A DNA stretch of 64,000 nt, taken from NCBI RefSeq assembly GCF_040938485.1, contig NW_027270907.1, positions 2,356,001-2,420,000 on the forward strand, in the 5' to 3' direction. This stretch comes from Diadema antillarum. Lineage: Eukaryota. Under the pieces are notes generated by a model. The model made no database searches. It saw nothing but the letters and a program-made list of their open reading frames with translations, and was not told where the DNA came from. Of this stretch, positions 1 to 11,276 are shown one piece after another. Both the position numbers and the translations under genes were made by a program. How positions within the stretch are numbered: the stretch's first letter is position 1; every line of letters begins with the position of its first letter.

Positions 1-550
1 TCCATTTGGCTCAAGTGTTGATTATTCTGGTTTTATATGAGACTGGATTGCAAATATCTAAAGTTCATATATTTTTTAATAGTGGGAAATTGAGCAAAGA
101 AAATGGGATTCCGTCGGGATATTTATTTTTCATTACTTACAACACACTGATATGGATGATCATTGAAATAATTGGGATAAGCAATAATCCTATACATAGT
201 ATTATATTACTATTATCGAGACCTACAGCCTCTCCAATAGCCTCTCCAATATCAAGTTGAATACTGGAGTGTGTCCCCAATAACATGAAGGTCGTTAGTT
301 GTATTGGTAAGTCTAAGTCTTTTGAGAGTAACACAAACCTTCGACATCCAACTTTCTGTGGTATAGGTATACCAACAAGGTAAAAGGCGAGCTCGCCTAA
401 ATGAAAGGTATATATACCCAACTACCATAGCATTTCTACCAGCAGCCTCACCAACAAGTTCACATCAGCTATTAATAGCTCAGTATCTTTACGCTCCAAT
501 GTGTGTGTCCTTATATTACGGTTTGCTCACATAACAGCCACACACCCACA

Positions 551-552
551 CG

Positions 553-590
<38 letters not shown>
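551..590. repeat. (CA)n microsatellite
   Basis: Direct reading. Other simple repeats: (TA)n at about 1020-1060, 8387-8436 and 25375-25422; (TG)n 6569-6610; (AAAC)n/(AAC)n about 11875-11925; (CT)n about 40420-40445 and 54225-54295. Confidence 0.9.
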
Positions 591-591
<1 letters not shown>

Positions 592-1361
592 AAATATACA
601 GTTGTAACGGGTAAATGAGTAACTAAAATATTCGACATTATTCCATGATGATACAAATTGAAAACGAGTGGGTATTATTTTATGCATATATTTCATTTTA
701 ATTTTATTTCAACACGGTAATAACAGGGAACTTACCAATTGCCCAGCCATCGGCTGTTATTCTGCAAGTTCGCGCATGTATGCAATATAACAGAACAAAA
801 ACATAGATTCAGTAAATTCAGCATATAATGATTAAAAATAAGAAAAAATATATCTACAACAGCACATCAAAAATATACAGACATTGACATAAAACAAATA
901 ATATCAATAATACTCTCGCTTAAAAGAATAGGAAACTTTACGATATATTGATATGATACAACATGACATACAATACAGTGAATATTAAACTACAACTGCT
1001 GCTGTTTTAAATGAAACCTGATATATATATATGTATATATATAGACATATATATATATGCAAACTTAATCGTATGTAGGCCTACTTAATTGCATGCAGTT
1101 CAAAAGACAAATTGTATACTGTAGACCATCTATCATCGTAAGCAGATGCTTGGAGGGGATTATGACATTAGAAGTACATTGTAGTAATGTTCTCATACAA
1201 GTTATACAGCACTAAGTGTAAAGAAGGTGATGCTCAAGACCGAAGTGCATTAAAAGAAAACGATTATTGACCACTGTGTGCTTTTTCTATCGAAATTCCA
1301 TGTACGAAATGTTTAGTACTTCTAAGATGGAACACATGATTTGGTTTTTCTGATATGACAG

Positions 1362-4300
1362 ACTTTCAAGAAGACCATAACAGAGCACGTTGATGCCATA
1401 AACGCCATCGAGTGCCTCGTGGAGCCGAGGTTGCCGACGAAGTACCCACGTCTCCCTGGCTATAGGCCTGAACAGAAGGACAACCCACTTAACGCATGGT
1501 CATCACATTTCTTATTTGATAATTTGAATAATTACTAATTGACTTAATCTCACCTTTTTAGATGAGAGGTATAAGGGGATGTGATGTTAAATATCATGAA
1601 AAATTAGGGCAACTATATTTATCACCATATTATTTTTATTTCCTAAAATCCGACTGAGAATTGTGTCATTACCAGTCAAATTTAATTTGTGTTGCATTGG
1701 TACGTTTTTCTCTTTCTTATAAAAGTACACCTAAATAGAAAGTCGTTTGACACTTTCACCCTATGTCACTGTCGTACATGATTACGTTTATTACTTTGTC
1801 TAATCTCCCCAGACCAACTAATGATCTAATGATCGTTTCAGTTTATGATATAATAACGTATTTGAAGTAATAGAAATGAATACTAAAAGCTTCATCGTGT
1901 GAAGAATACAAACGCGTCATCCTCATGCAACAAAGTATCCGATATATATTATCTATATCATCTACAGACAAGCTTGTTTTATCACGTGCTGAACCATGCA
2001 GGTATTGGCGATGTGATATCAAAGGTGCAGACAACGGAAAACTGTCCGGTAAGAGAGTTGCGGTCAAGGACAACGTAGCTGTAGCGGGTGTCCCAATGAT
2101 GAACGGCTGTCATGCTCTCGAGGGTTACACGCCCGATTTTGACGCAACAGTAGTCACAAGAGTTTTGGATGCAGGTACGTTCGATTGTTAAAGGGGATGG
2201 CCAGTAACTGATCAGTGGGAATCAGTGGGAATGCTGGGGAATGATTGTTCTAATCCTTGTGAGATTTATTTAAGAGTACATTATATATCTATTGACTGTT
2301 GTGTGAAAATTATTTGTTTCAGAATAGTCTCATATTCAATTAATGTGCAGTTTAATGTTTCCAGGTTAGCATGCCTGTACAGTGATGGGGCGATCGTTAA
2401 CGGCCCCTCAACGATCGCCCCGTCACTGTACGGGAATTCCCACGGCATTCCCACTGATTCCCACTGATCAGTTACTAGCCATCCCCTTTAAATTCTCCAT
2501 TTTATAATTTCAATTCGTCAATTGTGTGAGCTGTAAATGAAATTCAATTTATTGTAAATGAAAGTGCCCCGAAAGCAATCTACATAAAGGCTATAAATGG
2601 AATTTATTTGCCCCAACATGAAAGACATATATTGTGTTTTTTGTGAGATCCCTTGTTTTGATAACGATGATCAGCAGTATTGTATTAATAACGATAATTG
2701 TAATAATAATTGCCAATTATGAAGCGGACCTTTCGGTTGTGTCTGATGATCTTAAGGATGAAATTATCATTCGATTTTATAGCAAAGTCTCAAACATTAT
2801 GAGGCTGAAAATACTTACTGATGCTATTTAGATGCAATGGTGATTTTGATGGTCAGTAGTTCCTATAGGGAAACAGAGAGTACAACTTACAACTGGAGCT
2901 TGAAATCATCTCGATAGCTGTAGAACTGAGTCTGTTTGATGCCGTCAAAACGTGAATCCTATATAGTTAAGATTCGTAATAGGCATGTTTTACGTGTGAT
3001 CAGGGTATTTGCCCTGTCGAAATGTTTCCTCGGCATTTATAGAAGTTAAAGGCATTATTTACCATTTACAGATGAAACAAAAACCCAGCTACAGTGCTTC
3101 AAAATGGTTCTAAAATGTGAGTTAGTGATACGACCAATCGTTGTAATCTGCGGTTATGGTTTAATGAGGAAAATAGTAATATCTCCATATATTTTAGGCT
3201 TCTCAGCAAAATCGTAATGTGGTATAGGATGTTTTGTGATACAACTGACCAACAGATTTGCATCAAATGTGATAAATTGAAGATTTTTTTTTTAGATCAC
3301 TGCTCCCAATGACAAACAATACCTTTAATGATAAGTCATTGATTGGACTGAAAAAGTGTTATCATTGATTTTGAAGTACTGATTTAAAGTCAGAGTGCCA
3401 TCAGGAAAAAAAAGAGAGGATATGCTAACAATGCCACGGCAGTTCGAAGCGGGTTCACTGTACTATCGAGCAGACAAAGAAAATTACAGTGATTTGGATA
3501 GTGATTCGTGATTCGTTAATAACGACGGAAGAACCCCCAATATAGGTTTGTATAGACCTACTAATTGCTACACAGACAATAAAGCAAGGCGGGTATACCT
3601 TCCAATACGGACCCAAACTGGAGGGGAAAAAATGAACTTTTCGAGGCCAACATTCAGCAAATATGCTGAATAGTTGACTGATAAAGGGAAAATTAATTCC
3701 TGATAAGTCCAGAGAAGTCAAGCCCAAGACAAGACAAAGTCATGTATAATAAGACTAATTTGCTCAACTATTGAGAAAAGTAAAAAATAATACAGAAATT
3801 TCTGTCTGATGATCAGTTATATGCGTAACAACATTATAATCATGTTAACCTTTTGCATATAAACATCAGGGGCAAAAGTGAAAGCATCTAGAAATACGCT
3901 GAATTTCAGCCACTGCAATCTTGTGTGTCTTCAACTTTGTTTATAAATTACTTCATTAAGCTTCTTGTTCACTCTAAATTCGTTAGCTTAAAAAGTAATC
4001 TAATAGACCATGAGGAGGGACAAATCCAATAAAAAAAATATTATTAATTTCAAATCTAATGGATCTAATTTCTAAATCAATTAGACTAAAAATTGTTATC
4101 TCATGTGGATTTGTCCCTCCCCGTGGTCTTATTAGATTACTTTTTAATCGAACGAATTTAGAGCGTTGGATTCTTGAGGCCTACGTGAGTTTGTATTTGA
4201 GCTATTTTGTTCAAAAGAACTTCTGTATCGATTACTTGGCAACGCACGTTTGTATTCATATCATAGGCCTATTAGGACCGTCTCTCAAGACAAATCAAAA

Positions 4301-6567
4301 CCTAGACCGACAAGAAACTTCGCATGTAAGGGAGAAACTCCCCATGTAAATAAAAAGTGTAACTTTGTCTATCATTGGTAAAGGAAAGAGAAAAAATTAG
4401 ATGAGTTAATTGAATGTTCTGCAAAAGATAGATATGAAAATGTCAGTGCAGTAGGTCGTTGGTGTCACTTGGACGAAATTTCATTTTTATCTATAGGTGG
4501 TACTATCGTTGGAAAGACAGTATGTGAGTCACTTGAACGAAATTCCATTTTAATCTATAGGTGGTACTATCGTTGGAAAGACAGTATGTGAGAACTTGTG
4601 TTTCTCCGGAGGAAGTTCCACCGCGGCTAAAGGTCCTGTCAAGAACCCTCATGATACCGGTCGTAGTACCGGAGGATCAAGTTCTGGTAGTGCTGTGGTG
4701 GTAAGTTGATGGAATGAGCCACAGAACACAAGTCATGATGTGCTCATGGGAAATGCACCGTTGTAGGCGTTTGTCGAAGTGAAATATCTCTTGTGTTTTC
4801 CTGTTTAAAGGGAGAGGGCTGATGATGGACATTTTCTGTAAGTTGAATGAACATGACTGTGTTGACGTTCGCTTTGAGTCCAGGAAGTGCATTACTAAAG
4901 GATCTCTGTATCCTTGATGTTCAAGTAATATAGCATCTTTTATGGCGTTTGCAGCCTGCTCGTGCTTTCGTTTTGCTTTGGTTTTTTGATGTCTCTGGAC
5001 AGTTTTACAGAATCATCTTGCTGTCAGGTTTGTCAATTATTTTGGTTCACTCTGAAAAAAAAAGGAAACCGTACAGCAACATTTAAAATGTCATTACTCC
5101 TCCATGCCTTTCGTTAAATGTTAAATCTAATACTCAAAATGTTCAGTTTAGCACCAAAAATATTGAACTACCATTTTGCAAATGGTAACAGTTTGAGTGT
5201 TAGATTTAAACTTTTATTCATTGTTAAATTTAACGTTTACACAAAGATTGGAAGAGAAACAACCTTCAAGATGTTGATTTACCATTAGCTATTGATTTTT
5301 TTTTTAGTGTTGATGGATTTCTTTCAAAAAACCTGAAGTAAGTTCCCCTCTGTAGCATTCTCACATACCAGACATTAATTACATGTACTGTCAACTCGTC
5401 GTGTGACTTTGACTTCGACCAACAACAGGTGAGTGTTGGCGAAGCGGACATGGCTATCGGAGGTGATCAGGGTGGGTCGGTCCGTCTACCAGCCAGCTGG
5501 ACCGGCATCGTAGGGCTGAAGCCGACGTATGGTCTCGTGCCTTACACTGGCGCGATGGGGATTGAGATGGCAGTGGATCACCTCGGGCCCATGACTAGGT
5601 CTGTTCATGACTGTGCTCTCTTTATGGAGGTAAACTTTTCCTCTTCTTGTTGATTCTTCTCGGGGTGCTTTTCTTTTGGTTTGTTACTATTTGTCGTCAA
5701 TATTATATAGACGGCTAGTTTTGGGAGCAGTATACACAATAGTGTCGACAAGCACGTACATCGTGTATTTTCTTTTCTTTGTAACGGACTGCAAATTTTC
5801 CCGCCACAGTGGTTTTCTATTCTGTGTCAGTCAGTCACAACTCTCACTCAGTAAAGTTATTTTAAGTTGCGTTTATTCAGATGAACGCAAAAGATATTAG
5901 AATTGAAGGGAAATGTGTTCACAAACTCACACATTGCAAACTGACTCATCCGATTTTACTACTTCAACAAGCAAATGCTGTCGTACATTCATGGTTGCAA
6001 GGAATATGCCCTTCACACAAGAGGTACCCAAGGCTTTTTCGTGTTGGCCAGAAGAACATGGAATCTGGATAAATGATTATGTACCTGTCTTTCTTTCACT
6101 TTTTTTTTTCGTTGATCGAACTTTTGTTGCCTTGCAAAGGTTCTAGCTGGCTACGACAACGGGATGGACCCACGACAGCACCCACATATCAAAGTTCCTG
6201 AATATACACAGGAGGTGAGAACTTAGAATTTCATTTTTATATTTGAGTTTTCCAAATTGACAAGGGAAATGAGACCCAAATCTATTATCGTCAACATATT
6301 TTTGTAGCAAGTGGAAGAAATGTAGTGTTCCTGTGCTATTCATGAAGAAGGGAAAATAGTTCAAATTCTCATAATATTTTCTCTGTTGTCGTATAGATTG
6401 TGACATCACGAACTTTTGTTCTCATCTCATCCATTAATGTTGTACCGAAACTTTGCAAATTGATGCTCCTGATAGGATTGTCCGATTTTCCTCAAGATTC
6501 ACAGATGACTTTTACAATATTTCTGCATTCACTCAATTCACAACATGGCTGGCGCCCACGTTTTCAA

Positions 6568-6613
<46 letters not shown>

Positions 6614-8386
6614 AGGGGGGGGCACTTCCGGGGTTCATGACCTATTATAACAAGCAAAAAACAAAAACAAAACAAAACAAAACGAAACAAACAAGCGCAA
6701 AAACAACGGCCTTACCGAGCTCAAATGTTTCATTCTATTTTTGTTTTTCTAGTGCCACTTCCGGGGTAAAAAAATGGGGCCCAAAGTGGTGACACCGTAT
6801 GTATTCCTATGTACGCCCCCAACCCCCCCCCCCCCCCCCCCCCCGGTTCCGCCGGCCCTGCACAAATGAATCGGAGTTGCATTTCCCTTTAAAATCAGGT
6901 CGGCATATGAACAGATGGTTATGGTCACAACATAAAAAGTAGATGCCATGCCCTTGCAAGATTCAGATGACTACTTTCTGGAAATGAAAAGGCAAAAATA
7001 CAGCAACGGTATACAATGCTGTGATTTCAGATGAAATTATTTTGTGTCTCCTTTCCATTTTTATCTCAATTCGAGAGAAACATGTTAAACCAACCTATTA
7101 TCCTTTGGGATATTAGTTGATATCTATAATATGCTAGATAGATATGCTATTAGGTGATATCTGTGCTATAGAGTCGAGAGATATGATATTAGTTGAGAAC
7201 CGTGTAATCCTTTAAGCCAGAATGCATGATCTCCGAGATGAATTCCACAAGACCTGTACCACTCAAACTATATGGTGTGATCACAATGTTGGAAATCACA
7301 GTATAATGTTAATCTAGATGTATAAAGCTGCTTTTACGCAGAGAAACTAAAATGGTGCCTTTTCTCCAAGTTAAGAATGTCTCTTTTTTGTTTTGTTTTG
7401 TTTTGTTTTTACAAATCAGTACACCATGTTTCCCTCTATTAACCTCTCAGCTGCTAATTGGCAGCGCCCAGGGCATGAAGATCGGGATTCTGAAAGAGGG
7501 TTTTGCATCGCCGAAAGCAAATCCAGCTGTTGATTCTCTGGTGAGGAAGAGTATCGAAGCTCTGACAGGCATGGGTTGCATCGTGAGAGACGTGTCGATA
7601 CCGATTCACGTACAGTGTAAGCTGATCTCATTTCTCACGGTCGGACAATGCGTCATGTAGATTTTTATTGTACTTCTGAGGTCAGCAGCCATTATGGCTA
7701 AAACAGCATTGTGGGGCATTCGGTGTTATACAGAAAGTTGGTAATACGTTAGAATCATTGAATCAGAAAGAAGTCCCACTATGACTTTATAAAGCGGCAT
7801 ATTTTGTGCTTTCCATTTTTGCAAGTTATTCTGTGATTGTTTGTAAATGTATTGCATTATTATCATTGACAATATTTGATTTTCTTGGTCTTCTTTTTTT
7901 TCTTCTCCTGTCTGTTTCATATTCATTGACAACTAACATCTTATCAATGTGCGTTTGGGGACTTTAACGATGACATTTTCGTCCAAGTGACGTTAGTCCT
8001 GTGCCTATACACGTTTAATAAGCTATTGTTATTTGATGCTTTTCTCTGAAATGAAATTCTGGGCCGAAATAGTCATTGAAATGATTTATGGATACTGATG
8101 AATTCAGTAATCACGTGCTCTCACACACACACACATTTATTGTATACCAGTATATGTATCACAATACAAACGTGTGTTTATTTAGAGTTTTACCATAAAT
8201 GTTTCTGTTATTATGGCACAGCTCCATTGATCTGGGGCGCAACTGCGCAGGGTTGCTATGAAAACATGATTCGCTTCGGAGGTAAGTTATTGTTTCATAT
8301 CTATTCTGGGTAACATAATATTTCACAGAAGAAGGGTAATTGGTGATGGGTTGGGTTAATGGTGCAGTGTCGACGTTATGAAACAA

Positions 8387-8440
<54 letters not shown>

Positions 8441-11276
8441 ACCTGAAGTCACGTCAGCAATATAGCCTATATGGTTCATAAGATCAAACTCGAAACGATA
8501 GCTGCTCAAGCGTAAGTGTTGCTAAATATGTGCAAACTATTTCTTCAGTCTAAATGAATATGAAAGCATCTTTGATTTCAACATTATATTAAGATACACC
8601 CCATCCTTTGCCCCAACCCGTGCGCCGATCGCAATAATGCACCAATAACTTGGTGCATTGCGTCTTTATTCCTGCCACATTTTGGAGGGGGTTAACTGGG
8701 TTGCTTACGGGGTAGGAAAAATATCATAATTAACCGAACATCATCATCACCAGCACCAACACAACAATAATAATAACAAAGACTTTGTGAACATGAGGAA
8801 ACGCATTTACTAGGGAGCTTAAGATTTGCGACGCAGACGTTAAGAGGGAAACACACACAAAACATGTGAGTATGCGCAAGATCGCTTATCAAAATTGATT
8901 TCGCGTCATCTCGAGTTTTTATAACGACTCTGAGCCATTTTAGTGTCCGCTCAAATTCACGACGCAGAGAAGATACTTGATGGATATCATTAGGGCGAAC
9001 GCTTACCGGGAGCGCTAGGCTACATCTTGGTAAAGTCTATAAAGCTACTTTGCCACACGACGCAGGGAGAGAGAAGATCTGTCAAAGCAACCTTCGTCTT
9101 TACGTTCGCGTCGCAAATCTAAAGCTCATTAATGTCTCAGAAGAGATGACGACGGTCATATGGGAATTTTCGAATTACTTTTCTGATTTTGAGACCGAGA
9201 ATTGGAGATTCAGAAATATCAATCAGAGAGAGAATGTTTTTACTTCCAATTGTTTGTTCATCATCCTCAATTTCATTAGCTCTTCTGGAAGTACAGACAG
9301 TTAACAGAGCATATCATGTTATATTCCAATATCATATTACTAATTTAGTGGGAAAACAAATCTAGCAAAAGTAGAATTCAATTATGAAGTTACGATAGGA
9401 TGCATTCCTTACTCATTGAATGCAAGAGAGAAACATGTGAGGAATAAGTAATGGGTTTAGAGTAATTCTATCAATACATACGGATTAGTAACAATAAAGA
9501 TTAGAAATGGAACTGTTGGCTTAGCGTTGATATGTGCAAAATGGAACAAGAATGAAGTTAATGGCTCGGTCACAAATACCATGAAGAACTGCTACGAACG
9601 CCGTACGAACGATTTTTAGACAATTTCGTAAGATCTTCTTAAGAAGGCCGCACGAAACCAACGTTAGCGTTAGTTCTTAGCCTGGTCAATGGCCTGGTCC
9701 AAGATTTTTTTTTAACTTCGTACGAAACTCTCTCTTCGCAAGGCGGCCGTACGAACATCAGAATTCGTACTAACATTGGTATTCGTTCGAACACATCGTT
9801 CGTACAAACCTTTGTGACCGTAATGCTTTAGATGATCATATTCTATTCCTAACATATGTTTTGTTAAGGCTATCATGAATTATCAAAACTACGAATTATG
9901 TTCTATTTTGTTTCGTTGCTTTGTAAATATTTCGTTATTTCGTTCAGTCATAATGATGTGGTATATTTTGAATTTTGTTCTGCAATGAAAGGAATTGGTA
10001 TGGGACATATTGGCTATTATCCCACGAGCTTCGGAATCGCATCCAAGAAAATGATTGCAAGCAGACCCAACGATCTATCAGAGGCATTGAAGGTAAGAAA
10101 GAAGTAAAATACGAAAACAACTCAGTGATCGAAGTTAGTCTTGTGTTGCTGTTGTGGTTTTCTGATCTGTATGTTTTTAGAGATAGAAACTTATTAGCAC
10201 AAGCGACAACGGTGACGTGAACGTTGTCCATTATTCCTCGACATCGAAGTACTTGAAGAAAATTGGTGATAAGTGCTAATTTGTAATCATATTTTAGTTC
10301 ATTTCTTGTGCATACTTCATTTTTGACTGTCCGTGTCTTTCAGATGTTCTCTGTGGAAGGGGAGTACCTACACAGGTATTACGGCAATCAAGTGTATGCC
10401 AGGGCCCGTAACCTCGTCTTCAACCTTCGCCAGGCCTATGATCGGGCGCTAGAGGAAGTAGATGTCGTAGCCATGCCCACCATTCCGTTTACAGCATCTG
10501 AGCTCATTCATAAGGACGACTCATTGTCAGGTATATGTGGAGGCCATTGATGTTTGAAGCTTCAGTTGTTTAATTTGTCATTTCATCTTGCATGTCACAA
10601 CACTTCAGTCAATACTTTTCGCTTTCACTCATACAGTCATATTAAATTACACAGGTTAACAAGGATAGTGAAGAGCTAAGTATAGATCAATATTGCGCCG
10701 AATCTTGACTACATGACGACTCTATTGGGAAAAAAAAAACCAAGGGGGAAAAAAACCAATTGAAGAAGTGATAAACAAATGGTTTTTCACTAGCCATTTG
10801 GTTTAAAACACGACGTCTCTATATAGTAGTCGAGAAAAGTGACGTGAATAAAAGTATTTTGAAGAATTGCAAAAAAACAAACAAACAAACATTGACCTTA
10901 TACGATTGTCACACGTCAGAATCATCGCAATAAAAAATGTAAAAAAAAAAATAAGCAACCGTTTCCATTGAACACTCGAAAATCTTGAGATGTTATTTGT
11001 TAACCGAATTATTGTGCACAAAGAATGCTTTGCGTGTCAACTTGAATGGCGTAAACCGTGATTTTGCCTATAGGCTACTTCACAAAATGCATGGAGATGA
11101 CAAGTAATACCATGGCCGCCAACTTAACTGGTCACCCCGCCATCAGCGTCAACGCCGGATTCCTGGACGGCTTACCTGTTGGACTCATGCTGGTAGGAAG
11201 GCACTTTGAAGAGACCACCGTCCTCAGAGCCGCTCAGGCTGTCGAGACATTGAGAGAAGCTGCTGTCGCCAAGTGA
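1362..11276 (+). CDS. Amidase-signature (AS) family amidase, bacterial/CX3C type; 5'-partial, 10 exons in window
   Basis: Exons 1362-1498, 2002-2174, 4561-4700, 5429-5629, 6140-6214, 7451-7616, 8222-8281, 9992-10092, 10344-10530, 11074-11276. All are GT-AG and join in frame (1443 nt = 480 aa + TGA). Motifs: PGYRP..DNPLNAW, VAVKDN (catalytic Lys), [27 protein letters not shown] (nucleophile Ser), [33 protein letters not shown]. No start exon was found in 1-1361. Confidence 0.93.
2192..2487. mobile_element. Kolobok-like MITE (TTAA TSD, AGG...CCT termini)
   Basis: 43-bp TIRs 2192-2234 and 2445-2487 (one mismatch), TTAA at 2188-2191 and 2488-2491, and an internal 22-bp-stem hairpin at 2377-2431. 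The superfamily is inferred from the TSD and termini. Confidence 0.8.
3998..4137. repeat. Palindromic element with about 31-bp arms
   Basis: atctaatagaccatgaggagggacaaatcca (3998-4028) is the near reverse complement of tggatttgtccctccccgtggtcttattagat (4106-4137). Confidence 0.7.
4464..4591 (+). repeat. 64-bp tandem duplication spanning the acceptor and the start of amidase exon 3
   Basis: Copies 4464-4527 and 4528-4591 differ at about 3 positions. Each contains ...ctatag|gtggtactatcgttggaaagacagtatgtga. Confidence 0.95.
6544..6860 (+). mobile_element. hAT-like MITE with 5-bp TSD (copy 1)
   Basis: Termini CATGGCTGGCG...CGCCGGCCCTG, flanked by CACAA at 6539-6543 and 6861-6865. The interior is colinear with 21886-22085 and contains a (TG)n expansion. 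Confidence 0.75.
8811..9131. mobile_element. MITE with about 24-bp imperfect TIRs
   Basis: tagggagcttaagatttgcgacgc (8811-8834) versus gcgtcgcaaatctaaagctcatta (9108-9131). The TSD is not clear. Confidence 0.6.
9563..9826. mobile_element. Degenerate MITE
   Basis: Inverted 10-mers cggtcacaaa (9567-9576) and tttgtgaccg (9811-9820), with repeated cgtacgaac-like subterminal motifs. Confidence 0.45.

Noticed and set aside
511-696. ORFs with CVCVCV, YIYIYI, NNNN or THGRT runs (also 6400-6650, 8159-8509, 48210-48578, 49752-50024)
   Set aside because: They are translations of microsatellites.
1-1361. Amidase start exon
   Set aside because: No ATG-bearing exon with a plausible amidase N-terminus and compatible donor was found. 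It is presumed to lie upstream of the window.
5048-5309. CACTA/EnSpm-like MITE
   Set aside because: Only CACT plus A-runs match at the ends, which is too low in complexity to support.
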